Of a stretch of 64,000 nt of DNA, positions 13,766 to 25,068 are shown piece by piece. Made by a program: the position numbers and the translations under genes. The DNA lies in the NCBI GenBank assembly GCA_963847445.1, contig CAWJZV010000004.1, positions 160,001 through 224,000 of the forward strand. Direction: 5' to 3'. Numbering within the stretch: position 1 is the stretch's first letter; each line of letters opens with the position of its first letter. A model generated the notes under the pieces. That model was not told the DNA's origin, searched no databases, and saw only the letters and a list, made by a program, of their open reading frames with translations. Source of the stretch: an uncultured delta proteobacterium. GTDB lineage: Bacteria > Desulfobacterota > Binatia > UBA9968.

Positions 13766-13952
13766 AGGAATTTACCGAAACGTAAGAAGTAAAGGAAAAA
13801 TCGCCCAAAGTCAACCAAACCAAGCACTTGGAGAACAACTCGATGCATACGTCGGCGCGCCTCTTGCCAAAACGATTACCAATTCTTACTTTATACGACA
13901 ATACCGGGTACGCTATCAATTGACATCGACGACGCCAATCAGGAGAAACATC

Positions 13953-14552
13953 ATGCGCACAATGACTTTCCAGTCCAGATCGCTAGCCGCTCTCAGTTTT
14001 GTCGCCCTCCTGGCGGTTTCCGGCTGCGGCTATAACGATCTCCAGGGGCTTGATGAGGAAGTCAAAGGCGCCTGGGCCGAAGTTCAGAACCAGTACCAGC
14101 GGCGCGCCGACTTAGTCCCGAATCTCGTCGCCACAGTAAAGGGCGCGGCTAATTTCGAACAGGAAACATTGCAGAAAGTCATCGAAGCTCGTAGCGCCGC
14201 GACCTCGATCAAACTTGACGCGCAAGCGCTCAGCGACCCGGCGATGTTCAAGAAGTTCGAAGAAGCCCAACGCAATCTCTCCGGCTCGCTATCGAGGTTA
14301 TTGGTCGTCGCCGAGCAATATCCCGATTTAAAAGCCAATCAAAACTTCCGCGATCTCCAAGCCCAGCTCGAAGGCACGGAAAACCGCGTCGCCGTCGCCC
14401 GCGGCCGTTACAGCAAGTCGGTTGTCGAATTCAACAAGAAGGTTCGCTTCTTCCCGACGAGTTTAACCGCGCAATATCTGCTCGGCATGAAAGTGCGCGA
14501 AAACTTCAGCGCCGACGAAGCCGCGCAGAAACCACCGCAGGTGAAGTTTTAG
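13953..14552 (+). CDS. lemA: LemA family lipoprotein
   Basis: AGGAG RBS; lipobox AVSGC; WAEVQNQYQRRADLVPNLV; QLEGTENR. Confidence 0.95.
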   Translation: MRTMTFQSRSLAALSFVALLAVSGCGYNDLQGLDEEVKGAWAEVQNQYQRRADLVPNLVATVKGAANFEQETLQKVIEARSAATSIKLDAQALSDPAMFKKFEEAQRNLSGSLSRLLVVAEQYPDLKANQNFRDLQAQLEGTENRVAVARGRYSKSVVEFNKKVRFFPTSLTAQYLLGMKVRENFSADEAAQKPPQVKF

Positions 14553-14636
14553 CCGGCGCGTTACGAACAAGCGCTAAAGGTCCTCACCCTGAACGCCATC
14601 CAGAGATTGACTCCCCAAAGGCGATACGGCGCTCAG

Positions 14637-15400
14637 ATGCAGCCGTATCGCCCGGTATTGTTAATTATCTTCCTGCTGCTGTTTTCTGCTGTTGCCGTCG
14701 CGCTCGATGTGCCGCAGCTGCGCGGCCGCGTCAACGACTACGCCAACGTGCTGCAGTCGAGTCAAGCCCAGGCACTTGAGGCCCAGCTCGCCCAGCTCGA
14801 ACGCGATACCGGTCACCAGGTCGTGGTCCTAACGATACCGACACTGGACGGCGAAGATATCGAAGGCTTCAGCATTCGCGTTGCTGAGAACTGGAAGATC
14901 GGCAAAAAGGGTTACGACAACGGCGCCATTCTGGTAGTCGCGGTCAAAGATCGACGGCTTCGCCTAGAAGTAGGCTACGGTCTCGAAGGCGTCTTACCCG
15001 ACGCCATCGCGAAACGAGTCATCGCAGACTATATCGTGCCGCACTTCCGCCAACAGGATTACGCCGGCGGCATTATCGCCGGCATCGACGCAGTCCAGAA
15101 AGTCATCAGAAAAGAACCCCTGCCGGAATCGGCGCGCAAAAAAACTCAGAGCCGTGGCTGGAACATGAATTCCCCGATCATGATCGCCATCACCCTCGCG
15201 GTCCTCGGCTTAATGGGCTTCGCCTCCACGGGCGATCGCCGGCGCAACAGCATGTGGGGCACCCGTGGCCGGCGTGGCGGGCCGATGATCTTTGGCGGTC
15301 CCAGCGGTTGGGGCGGCGGTGGGTTTGGCGGAGGTGGGGCGGTGGTTTTAGCGGCGGCGGAGGAGGGTTCGGTGGCGGCGGCTCGTCCGGTAGTTGGTAG
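14637..15400 (+). CDS. TPM-domain (YgcG-like) membrane protein with Gly-rich tail (indel in tail)
   Basis: RVNDYA, WKIGKKGYDNG, EVGYGLEG; tail GGGFSGGGGGFGGGGSSGSW in shifted frame. Confidence 0.9.
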
Positions 15401-15402
15401 CT

Positions 15403-16029
15403 ATGAAAGCTGAAACATTCTTCACCGACCAAGAAAAGGAACGCATCCGCCAGGCGGTCGTCGCCGCCGAGTCGAAAACCGCCGGTGAGATCGTGCCGAT
15501 GATCGTCACGTCGGCGGCGCGCTATACAGAGATCGAACTGCTCGGCCTAGTCGCCGGGCTCTTCGCCGGCATGTTAGTGGAATGGTTTTGGAGCGATCCG
15601 TGGGGATCGCCGTACTTTCAACTCTGGCCGGTCATCGGCGCCTTGGCCGGTTTCCTCGTCTGCCGGCTCCCAGCGGTGAAACGAATTCTGGCGTCCAGAG
15701 GCCGTATCGGCGAGGCGGTTCATACTCTCGCGCTCGCGTCGTTTACCGATCAGGGCCTGCACCACACGCGCGATCACACGGGAATCTTGATCCTCATCGC
15801 GCTTTTGGAGCACCGCGTTGAAGTGCTTGCCGACCGTGGCATCAATGAAAAAGTCAGCCACGACACTTGGGATGAAATCGTCCACAGCATCACCGCCGGT
15901 ATCAAATCCGGCCACGCCTGCGATGCCTACTGCAAAGCGATTGAGCGCTGCGGTGACATCCTCGCGACTCACTTTCCGCGCCAGACCGACGATAAGGATG
16001 AGTTGCCCAATCGCCTCGTCACCAAGTAG
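15403..16029 (+). CDS. TPM-domain membrane protein (LemA operon partner)
   Basis: AAESKTAGEIV, TRDHTGILI, ADRGI, DELPN. Confidence 0.9.
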   Translation: MKAETFFTDQEKERIRQAVVAAESKTAGEIVPMIVTSAARYTEIELLGLVAGLFAGMLVEWFWSDPWGSPYFQLWPVIGALAGFLVCRLPAVKRILASRGRIGEAVHTLALASFTDQGLHHTRDHTGILILIALLEHRVEVLADRGINEKVSHDTWDEIVHSITAGIKSGHACDAYCKAIERCGDILATHFPRQTDDKDELPNRLVTK

Positions 16030-16056
16030 CGGACGACGCCATTTATCCAGCCCTTG

Positions 16057-16119
16057 ATGGTCGCTGGCAGCATCGTCTAAGCCATCGACGACGAAGGGTT
16101 TTTGAAGAAGCTAAAGTAA
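16057..16119 (+). pseudogene. Fossil C-terminus of an NMT1/TauA-type substrate-binding protein
   Basis: Translates MVAGSIV*AIDDEGFLKKLK*, resembling ends of SBPs in this window (ELEDSGFIKSL, EMEKSGFFKTI). Confidence 0.45.
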
Positions 16120-16120
16120 G

Positions 16121-16178
16121 GGAGCGCGGCCTTTCCTGTCCGCGACTGATAATTGGCGGGTTAGAAAACCCGCGCTCC
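16121..16178. repeat. GGAG-type REP doublet
   Basis: GGAGCGCGG...CCGCG / GCGGG...CCGCGCTCC inverted pair. Confidence 0.7.
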
Positions 16179-16446
16179 TTTGAAATGCCAAGGAGCCAGG
16201 TCAGCATCTTAGGATTGTAGGATCGAGTCAGAGCCCTAGAAGCCTCAGCCCGAATATTGAAGAGGCCTAGCCAATGCTACGAGGCCCAGCAAGCCGGATC
16301 TGGGCGAAGAGTTCCTCATTTGCCGTCGACGAAGTATCAAAGCCGTCGTGCGCAGAATTCGGCTTTCATTTCCGGAAATGCATCGCCCAGATCCCCGTTC
16401 GCGTCCCGATTGCTCGGAGCACCGACGAAGGGTCCGGCCAAACTTC

Positions 16447-18508
16447 CTACTTCCGCACCAACCGCACATCCACCGCCGCCACGCCGCCGCCCTGGGCGCG
16501 CACCATGATCGGGTTGATTTCCATGTCCGACAGATGAATTTCTGATGCGCCGCGAAAATTTCCGACAGGCCGACCATCGCCTGCACCAACGCATCGACAT
16601 CGCGCGGGCCTTGGCCGCGCACGCCTTCGAAGACTTTGTAGCCGCGCAGTTCTTTCAACATCGCGCGCGCTTCCTTTTCGTCCACCGGCAGCAAGCGAAT
16701 GGATACGTCTTTCAAGAACTTCGACGAAGATACCGCCAAGACCGACCATCAGGAACGGCCCATACTGCGGATCGGTGCGCGCGCCGATAAGCACTTCAGT
16801 GCCCTGGACCATTTCTTGGACGAGCAACTGCGCTTTGCCTGAAGTCTTGGCAAGCAGTTTCTGCCCTTCGGCTTGCACTTCATCGGCGCTCTTCAAACCG
16901 AGCACCACTGCGCCGGACTCGGTCTTATGCACGACATCTGCGGCGATCAATTTCAGCGCCACCGGAAAGCCGATCTCCTTCGCCCGCGCCGCTGCGTCGG
17001 CCGCTGAGTCCGCCAGCGATTGCTTCGGCAAGCCGATGCCTTTGCTCTGCAAAAGCTTATTCAACATCTCGCCGTCGAGCACAGCCGGATTGCCATTGGC
17101 CGCCGGCAACGGCGGCACACCGGCGTTCCTGCGCTCGCCGTACAGCCCCAATCCCGCCAGCGCGCGCAGCGTCGGTTTGATCGCCTGCAAGAAAGGCATG
17201 CCGGCTTCTTCCTGAAAGGCGCGGCTCTCGTCCGTGCAGCTGTAGGTGGAACGGCCGAACGCCAGCACCGGCTTGTCGGTCGCTTCGAGCACGCTTTTAA
17301 ACAAGCCGGCGTTTCTCGTCTGGCCGCGCGGCAGTTCGCCGTGGATCGCCATGAGATCGACGCCGGGATCTTCGGCGTGCAGTTTGACGATGTTGATGAA
17401 TCCCGCCTCGTCGCCGAAACCGGCGACGCCGCATTCAAGCGGATTCTCGACAGCCAATTCCGCCGGGATCAGCGGCCGCACCGCTTCTTTGGTTTTGTCG
17501 CTCAGCTGCGCCAGGTTGGTGTTCAAGTCGTCGCAATGATCGCAGATCAAGCCTTTCATACCGCCGGAGTTGACGACGATCGCCGCGCGGCTGCCCTTGG
17601 GAAAGCGTCCCAGCATGAACGCCAACGTGATTTCGGTCATGTCTTCCAGCGTCGGGCAACGAACGATGCCAAAACGCTTGCACATGGCGTCGAACACTTC
17701 GTCGGCGCCGGCGAGCGAACCGGTGTGCGAGATCGCCTGGCGCTTGCCCATCTCCGAGCGGCCGAGCTTGACGGCGAGAATCGGTTTGCCTTTTTGCAGC
17801 GCCTGTTCGCGCCACCGCCATGAACTCGTTGGGGCGGCGAATGCCTTCGACCATCAGCGTGATCACCTTGGTGTCGGGATCGTCGACCAAGAACGAAAGA
17901 TAATCGACCAGATCGAGACTCACTTCGTTGCCGCTGGAAATCGCATAGGAGAATCCGATGCCGCGCTCGGTGGCGCCCTTGATCCAGTTGCCGAGCGAAC
18001 CGCCGCTCTGAAAAATCAAACCCACCGGACCTTTCTTCAGCAGCGGCGTCGCGGTGGGAAACGTCCACAACCCTTCGCCGACGGAATAGGAACCCATGCA
18101 GTTAGGACCGCAGATCACCATGCCGGTCTTGTCGCACAGCTCGCGCATCTGCTGCGCCCGCTCTTTGCCCTTGTCATCATCGCCTTCGCCGAAACCGGCG
18201 GTGTAAATCGTCGCCGAGCGCGTGCCCAACTTCGCCGCCTCTTCGAGCACGCCGAGCACGGCGCGAGTGGGAATGAGGATCAGCAATTCGTCGGGAACTT
18301 CCGGGCAGGCCGCCAAGTTGGGATAACATTTGTCGCCATAAAGTTCTTGGTAATTGGGATTGATCAAATAAACGCCGCCAGGAAACTTCGCGCCTTTCAA
18401 ATTGCGATAAATCCCCTGCGGCCACGCGCCCTTCTGCGACGCGCCGATGATCGCCACCGACTTCGCGCGCAATAAATTACCGACCGGTTTCGCGGTGAAT
18501 GTAGCCAT
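16447..18508 (-). CDS. ADP-forming acyl-CoA synthetase (acetate-CoA ligase family), frameshifted
   Basis: SVAIIGAS, ICGPNCMG, FQSGG, ISSGNE, SHTGSLAG, HKTESGAV, LVQEMV, MVGLGGIFVE, EINP. Confidence 0.92.
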
Positions 18509-18579
18509 GTAATTTCCTTCTAAATTGAGATGGGATTGCTATGTCATAGACGCCGGGTGACTGCAAGAATCGGGGGAAT

Positions 18580-18715
18580 TGGAGTGATGGAGTCGTGGAG
18601 TGTTGGAGTAATGGAAAGTCAGAAATCTGACAATCGCGAATCGATCACTCCCGCAGCGGCTGATGCGAAATTTTTCGCAGAAGTTATTTTGCGCCCTTTG
18701 CGTTCTTTGCGGCTA
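18580..18715. repeat. Nonamer repeats (GGAGTGATG-type and TTTGCGTTC-type)
   Basis: ggagtgatggagtcgtggagtgttggagtaatgg and ttttgcgccctttgcgttctttgcggc; latter recurs at 23828-23857 and 62234-62261. Confidence 0.75.
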
Positions 18716-19804
18716 TCTCAATCCGATTCCCCGAACACCTGCCAGCGTTGCGCCGGCAGCTCGACGGCCGCCTGCTGTCCGACGCTCACCTCCGTGTCGC
18801 CGGCGAGCTTGGCGAGCAGCGTCACGCCGTTCACTTCCACTTCCAAAAGCGATGCAGTCGCCGAGATAATTTTTACTGGTCACTTTGCCGACGGTGTTGG
18901 CGACAGCCGTCACTACGCGCTGCGGCAACTTGCGACATGCTCGGGCCGGATCGCCAAGGTCACGGCGGCACCGGCATTGATACCATTCGGCACCGCCACG
19001 GCGATCGCGCCCAACGGCGACGCCACTCGATCCTTCGCCGCCGACAGTGCCTTTGACGAAATTCATCTCGCCGACGAACTGCGCAACAAACAGACTTGCC
19101 GGCTTTTCGTAAACATCGTGCGGCGGGGCGATTTGAAGAATCTCGCCGGCGTTCATCACGCAGACGCGGTCGCCGAGACTCAAAGCTTCGGCCTGATCGT
19201 GGGTAACGTAGAGCGTGGTCACGCCGATCGACTTGGTGATTTTTCGCAATTCCACGCGCATCTGTTCGCGCAAGCGCGCGTCGAGATTGCTCAGCGGCTC
19301 ATCCATCAAGAGAATCTTCGGCTCGGTCACCATGGCGCGCGCCATCGCGACGCGCTGCTGCTGGCCGCCGCTCAAATCCGTCGCCGGCCGCTCGCCGAGG
19401 CCGTCGAGCTGGACGCGCTTGAGCGCTTTCTCGACGCGATCGGCAACGTCTGTCTTGGAATGGCGCGTGCGCCCCTGGGTTAATGGAAAGGCGACATTTT
19501 GAAACACGTTCATGTGCGGCCAGATGGCGTAGGATTGAAACACCATGCCGAGTTCGCGCCGCTCGGTCGCGACAAAAACGCGCCGCGCCGGCGAATTGAC
19601 CAGCTTGCCGGCGATCTCGATCTCGCCGCCGTCGGGCCGCTCCAACCCGGCGACGCAGCGCAAGGTCGTCGTCTTGCCGCAACCGCTCGGCCCGAGCAAA
19701 ACACAAAACTCGCCCTCGGCGACTTCCAGGTCAATGGATCTCAGGGCATCGACGCGCCCTTGTTGCGCGTGGAAAGATTTTTGCAAAGCACGGATGCTAA
19801 TCAC
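18713..19804 (-). CDS. ABC transporter ATP-binding protein (PotA/FbpC-like), C-term frameshifted
   Basis: [31 protein letters not shown]. Confidence 0.95.
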   Translation of the reverse strand: MISIRALQKSFHAQQGRVDALRSIDLEVAEGEFCVLLGPSGCGKTTTLRCVAGLERPDGGEIEIAGKLVNSPARRVFVATERRELGMVFQSYAIWPHMNVFQNVAFPLTQGRTRHSKTDVADRVEKALKRVQLDGLGERPATDLSGGQQQRVAMARAMVTEPKILLMDEPLSNLDARLREQMRVELRKITKSIGVTTLYVTHDQAEALSLGDRVCVMNAGEILQIAPPHDVYEKPASLFVAQFVGEMNFVKGTVGGEGSSGVAVGRDRRGGAEWYQCRCRRDLGDPARACRKLPQRVVTAVANTVGKVTSKNYLGDCIAFGSGSERRDAARQARRRHGGERRTAGGRRAAGATLAGVRGIGLR

Positions 19805-19824
19805 TGGTCCTCACTGGCGTTCGG

Positions 19825-19918
19825 AATTACAAATTACAGATTCCAAATTCCAAATCCTTCGAACTACCGTCACGCCTTAAGTATCCCATCTGGAATCTGG
19901 AATATTGAATTTGGAATC
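19825..19918. repeat. Heptamer hairpin (ATTCCAA)n...(TTGGAAT)n
   Basis: aattacaaattacagattccaaattccaaat ... atctggaatctggaatattgaatttggaat. Confidence 0.75.
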
Positions 19919-21694
19919 GCGTAGCGCTCGCGCTATGATGGCGGCGCCGATCTCGCCGATGCGCGATAGTATCAAGCGCACTGCGCCGACGACGATTGCG
20001 GCGAAAAGAATCAAAATCACGCCCAGCGCGGCCACTTGCGGCACCCAGCCGCTGCCCCAAAACTGCCACACCACTGTGGAAATCACGACGTTATTGCGCG
20101 TGTAGAGCGTCAACGCCATGGTCACCTCGCGATACGACAACATGCCGATCCAGACCCAGCTGTTGAGCACGCCGGCGGCGATTAACGGCAGCACAATCTT
20201 CCACAAAACCCGTGGCGACGACGCGCCGGCGACTCGGCCCGCCTCTTCGAGCTCGCGATGGACTTGGATCATCACGCTATTGGTCGTGCGTGTGCCGTAA
20301 GCAACCCAATTGATGGTGTGCGCGACGATAATGATCAGGACCGTGCCATAGATCGGAAAGATGTCGCGATAGGCCAGGCCCAAGTAAGCCAGGCCCACCG
20401 CCATCAAAATTCCCGGCACGGCATGGGGAACGAATGCCAGGGTATCGAGCCAGCCGCGAAACGATACTTGCGTACGAATCACCACCCAGGAAACCAGCAC
20501 GCTGAGAACCATCGTCAGCGTCGGCACCGCCAACATCAATATCAAAGTATTGATAAACGGCTGCAGGCCGACATGCTGAGGGATCTCCCAGTAGTGCTTC
20601 AGCGTCATGCTGGCAACTGCCTCTGCGCTCGGCAATTGCAGGTATGGCAAGACTGAGGCCCACAACAAAACGGCGAAGGGAACAAAAACTTCGATGCACA
20701 GATAAAAGAAAACAAAAGCGATCGCCGCCCATTTCCAGGATCCGAGGGCGATCTCCCGCGGGCGATAGCCTCTGCCCGTGATGACCGTATACTTCTTTCC
20801 TTGCTTGACCAGCCGGACGTACAGGTAGGCGAGCACCAGCCCGAGCAAGAGCATGATCGCGCCATACGCACCCGCCATGCCGTAATCCGGCAAGCCGGTG
20901 GACGGCGTCGTCGAGGTAAAAATGAGCGAGCTGAGAACGTGAATACGCGCCGGCATACCGATGATGGCCGGCACTTCAAAGACCGCAATGGCGGTCATAA
21001 ACAAGTACACCATCACGCCGGCAATGGCCGGGAAAGTGATCGGAATATTGATTTTCAGAAACGTCCTGAGCTTGCCGACCCCCGAGGTGTACGCCGCTTC
21101 TTCCAACGAGGGGTCCATCGATCGATAGGCGGCGGCCAACATGAAGAACGCGCCGGGAACGAAAGATATGCCTTGGACGAAGGCCATGCCGGTTACGCTG
21201 TACAGATTAAACGGCGGCTCGCTTAGGGTAAAGAGTTGTTGCAGCCACTTGTTGATCAAGCCGATCCTCGGACTGAGCAGCAAGATCCACGCGATGGTGC
21301 GGAGAAAGACCGGGATGAGAATGCCGATCGTGAGCAAGACGTAAATGGTTTTTTTGAACGGTATGTCCGTCCGCATGAGAATCCACACGAGCGGCACCGT
21401 AATCAGCAGCGTGATCGATACGCTGGATACCGCGAAGTAAAAGGTGTTCAACAAAACCTCATAGGTTCGCGGTTCCAAGTAAACGGCAGAAAAATTTTCC
21501 AGCGTGAATGGAACAGTCTCGCCCGGAAAGCCGGTGCGAAGACTCATGAGAATGACCATCGACACCGGCAGCCCGATGAGCAGCAACAAAAACCCCGAAA
21601 GACCGGTGGCGAACACCGTGACACCCTGGGGCAGGAACCGGCTCCATCCTTCCCAGGGGGTCACGGTCGATTCGCTGCGGGATTCGACTTTCAT
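19877..21694 (-). CDS. ABC transporter permease, fused double domain (FbpB-like)
   Basis: Two EAA loops (LEEAAYTSG, LEEAGRVAG) and about 12 hydrophobic segments. Confidence 0.93.
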   Translation of the reverse strand: MKVESRSESTVTPWEGWSRFLPQGVTVFATGLSGFLLLLIGLPVSMVILMSLRTGFPGETVPFTLENFSAVYLEPRTYEVLLNTFYFAVSSVSITLLITVPLVWILMRTDIPFKKTIYVLLTIGILIPVFLRTIAWILLLSPRIGLINKWLQQLFTLSEPPFNLYSVTGMAFVQGISFVPGAFFMLAAAYRSMDPSLEEAAYTSGVGKLRTFLKINIPITFPAIAGVMVYLFMTAIAVFEVPAIIGMPARIHVLSSLIFTSTTPSTGLPDYGMAGAYGAIMLLLGLVLAYLYVRLVKQGKKYTVITGRGYRPREIALGSWKWAAIAFVFFYLCIEVFVPFAVLLWASVLPYLQLPSAEAVASMTLKHYWEIPQHVGLQPFINTLILMLAVPTLTMVLSVLVSWVVIRTQVSFRGWLDTLAFVPHAVPGILMAVGLAYLGLAYRDIFPIYGTVLIIIVAHTINWVAYGTRTTNSVMIQVHRELEEAGRVAGASSPRVLWKIVLPLIAAGVLNSWVWIGMLSYREVTMALTLYTRNNVVISTVVWQFWGSGWVPQVAALGVILILFAAIVVGAVRLILSRIGEIGAAIIARALRDSKFNIPDSRWDT

Positions 21695-21729
21695 AACTCT
21701 CCTTCCGGCGGGCGAGCGCGGCAGAGTTC

Positions 21730-22761
21730 TCAATCAAAGCCGAGGAGCTTGCCGATTTGGCGCGAAATTTTGTCCACCTTGTCGGCTTGGTCTTGTTTCA
21801 TGTAAATCACCTGCTTGCCCTGGACGAATTTGTAAGCCGCGGTTCCAGGCACATAGGCGGAAGTATGACCGGTATACTTCAACCACGCCGGTTGAACTTC
21901 CGCGGAAGCCATAAAGGCCACCATAAGATGGCCGACGTTTGGGTGCGGCGCATTCTTTATCACTCCAACGTGATATTCAGGCGAGACCACCGGAGAAACC
22001 TTCTCGGCGAATGCCAACGGCGCGCCGGATTCTTTCGCTTCGTGCAGCTGGCTGTCTTGCAGGGTCGCCGACACCAGCACTTCGCCCAAGATCAATCGCT
22101 GGGCCATTTCTCCGGCACGGGTTAGAAGCGGCTTTTGCGCGACCAGTTTCTTGATGAAATCGAGGGTTTTTTCGTCACCCCAGGCGCCTGCGGCTAAACG
22201 CCCAAAGTGGTGCGTCGAGTTGATAACACCGAGCTTGCCCTTCCATTTCGGATCGAGCAGATCCTCCCATTTTTGCGGCACATCCTTAGCGGCAACCAGC
22301 TTGGTGTTATAGGTCGGCAAGGCAAACTGGTTGGCGACGGAAACGGTACCACTGTCATATTCGACCCGCTGCTTGTCGACGCCGAGGCTGGTGTAATCGA
22401 AGGTCTTGTGCAACTTTCGCAGCCACAGCGAGCCATGATGCGCGTCCGTGACGACCATGATGTCCCATTCCGGCGGTTGTCCGGACGCCGACAGGCCGAC
22501 GACCTTCGCCGTATCCCGCGTCATGTTCCCGGAAGGTGTAAAGTTTACTTTGACGTTTAATCCGTACTTTTTGTTGAAGGCGGAAACGATCGCTTGGGCG
22601 CCCTCAGGACCGAGGGTGGAAGGGCCGTAAAACTCGATAGTGCCTTCCTTTTTGGCGCCCGCGACCAAGTCTTCCAGGGGGCCAGCCTGCGCGGCAGATC
22701 CCCACGGCAGCAGCGCCATAAACGCGATTAGACCAACTCTTAGAATTAGATTTTTCTTCAT
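21730..22761 (-). CDS. ABC substrate-binding protein (Fe3+/AfuA-like type II fold)
   Basis: Signal peptide, AGAKKEG, WEDLLDPKWKG, KNAPHPN. Confidence 0.9.
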   Translation of the reverse strand: MKKNLILRVGLIAFMALLPWGSAAQAGPLEDLVAGAKKEGTIEFYGPSTLGPEGAQAIVSAFNKKYGLNVKVNFTPSGNMTRDTAKVVGLSASGQPPEWDIMVVTDAHHGSLWLRKLHKTFDYTSLGVDKQRVEYDSGTVSVANQFALPTYNTKLVAAKDVPQKWEDLLDPKWKGKLGVINSTHHFGRLAAGAWGDEKTLDFIKKLVAQKPLLTRAGEMAQRLILGEVLVSATLQDSQLHEAKESGAPLAFAEKVSPVVSPEYHVGVIKNAPHPNVGHLMVAFMASAEVQPAWLKYTGHTSAYVPGTAAYKFVQGKQVIYMKQDQADKVDKISRQIGKLLGFD

Positions 22762-22932
22762 CTCTAGAACCTCCTTTGAAAACTTTCCACGAAGCCGAGT
22801 CGATACCGCCAAAACTGACTGCGCCACTCTGCCATTGTAAAATTCTAAGTCAACGGCATGGGTATTATTTATGATTGTCGCGCCAGCGTCTTAACTACAA
22901 ACGGCATTATGTGCTGATTTCGCTAGATACCC

Positions 22933-23814
22933 TCATTTGGTTGCGTCCCGATAAAAACTCTCGTCATAATACCTCGCCAACTCTTGCCCCATCGGCGGCG
23001 TAAGCTTGAAAAGAACGCGCAGATCGAGGACGCACTTCAAGCCCGGCAGATGCAGCGCACCGCTTTTCGGTAGCTGCGCCAATTTGTGCGCCGCCGCTTT
23101 TTCATCGAGCTTTTCTGCCGCGGCGACGATCGCCAGCACTTCCGCGCGATTGTTCACGTCGAGCGCGAAACGCAATGCGCGGTTCCAAGCGCTGAGAAAT
23201 TTGACCAGCAACGGGCGATTCTCCGCAGCCCACTGGCGGCCGACGGCAAACACGCCGCCGGGATAATCCGGCAGCACCGCGCGATGATCGGCGAAGCGCA
23301 CCATGCCCGCCGCCGCGGCTTTGGCATCCCAAGGCGCATTGAGCACGCCGGCGAAGGTTTCACATTTGATCATCGAATCGAGACGAAAACCGGTGGTGCC
23401 CTTGGCGATCAGCGAATAGTCGCCGCGCGCCATTTCCAAGCCGTGCGCCAACAGCACGCGGCGCAAGACCAAGGCAAAGGCGGTATCGACCGCGTCAACC
23501 GCCAACGCTTTGCCGCGCAGACCTTCCCAGTCCTTAATCTCCGGGCGAACGTAAATCGGCAACGTTCCACCTTCCGACACTCGCGCGATCGCGACAAACT
23601 CCGCCCCCTCGCGTCCCGACCAGCCGAGCACGTTGTCGAACGCCGTAGACACGATCTGCCATGAATTTTTTCCCAGACCGCGCATCTGATCGGTCGAGTT
23701 CGGCGTGACGATGACGTCGACATCGAGCCCGTCCGCGGCAAAGAACCCCTGCGCCCGTCCCACGGCAAGCGCGGCATCGACGTTAAAGACATTTATGAGT
23801 AATTGTTCAGACAT
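22933..23814 (-). CDS. NMT1/TauA-like substrate-binding protein
   Basis: MSEQLL start; GFFAADGLDV, STAFDNV, LRGKALAVDA. Confidence 0.8.
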   Translation of the reverse strand: MSEQLLINVFNVDAALAVGRAQGFFAADGLDVDVIVTPNSTDQMRGLGKNSWQIVSTAFDNVLGWSGREGAEFVAIARVSEGGTLPIYVRPEIKDWEGLRGKALAVDAVDTAFALVLRRVLLAHGLEMARGDYSLIAKGTTGFRLDSMIKCETFAGVLNAPWDAKAAAAGMVRFADHRAVLPDYPGGVFAVGRQWAAENRPLLVKFLSAWNRALRFALDVNNRAEVLAIVAAAEKLDEKAAAHKLAQLPKSGALHLPGLKCVLDLRVLFKLTPPMGQELARYYDESFYRDATK

Positions 23815-23867
23815 GAGAGTTTCCGCTATTTTGCGCCCTTTGCGTTCCTTGCGGCCATTTTCCTCTG

Positions 23868-25068
23868 CTACGGTATCTTCGGCCCGGTGTACTCCAGCAC
23901 GTACAGTCCGCCCTTGATTCGATCGGTCACATAAATCAAGCCCATCGGTATCGACGTAAAGATCGTTGAACATCGGTGCCTTTTGTCCTTCCGGCGCCGG
24001 CGGGATGAAGTAGCCGACTTCCTCCGGTCGATACTGATTGCGGATGTCGAACACGCGCAGGCCGGCGTTGTAGTAAGTGACGAAGATAATATTTTCACTC
24101 TGAAACGAGCCCGGCCGGTTCTCATGGACGTTATGCGGGCCGAAGCGCAGACCGCGGCTGCAGAAGTCGCCCTGCGGCACCGGGCAGGTGCTGACGATCA
24201 CCGGATTTCTCTCCTCGCGAACATCGATCAGCCATACCCGCTTCTCGCCTTCCTGGCAGTCGTACTTCACCGACTCGTCGACGGCGACGACGAGCTTTCG
24301 TCCTGGCAGCGGCAAGGTCGTGTGCGCGTAACCGCCAAAGGGCGGGCTCCAGTCGATGTGACTGATCGTCTTCGGCTTGCTGATGTCGGAGATATCGAGG
24401 ATCGCCATGCCGGCATCGACCAGCGCCACATAGGCACGGTCGCCGTGGGGAATCGCCCCATGGACATAGAAATGTTCGCCGGCGAACGGCGTCCAATCCG
24501 CCGGCGTCGATTCGCCTTCCTTGGTGCCGGGTATCCACCAGCGCCCAGCCTCTTTCGGATCGGTCGGATTGGAAATATCCGCGATCAAATACGCCCGCTC
24601 CTCAATGCCGGGCAGGTAGGCCCCGACATGGGCGTACTTGCCGTCGCTGAACCACATGCGATGCACGCCCTTGCCGGCCAGCTTCAACCGGCCGATCTCG
24701 CGCGGCTGGGTCGGATTCTCGATGCTGTAAACATTGATGCCCGCCTCGTTGGGCACGCTATCGGCAACCGACTTGTCGAAGTAGGGCCGTTCTTGATTCT
24801 GGATCAGAATGTCGCCGACGATCTGCACCTTATGGGAATGGGTATTCGCCGCGTGGGGCATCTGCGTGATCAAACGCGGCTCGGTGGGATCGGCGACGTC
24901 GAGAATGCTCAGCGCCATCGGCGAGGTGCCAAGGTGCGCCAGGTAAACATAGCGGCCATGCTTGACTAACTGCATGCCATCGCCGTGGCCATGCAAATCG
25001 TGATGGCCGATCACCCGCATATTAAAGCATTCGCTGTTGGCTTGGATCGCGTCAATTTCAGCGCGCAT
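23868..25068 (-). CDS. LVIVD-repeat beta-propeller protein
   Basis: Repeated xIxDVxDPxxP units; HSHKVQ, HGAIP, HTTLP, RFGPHNVHE; true C-term GLYVLEYTGPKIP in ORF 23868-24125. Confidence 0.88.
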
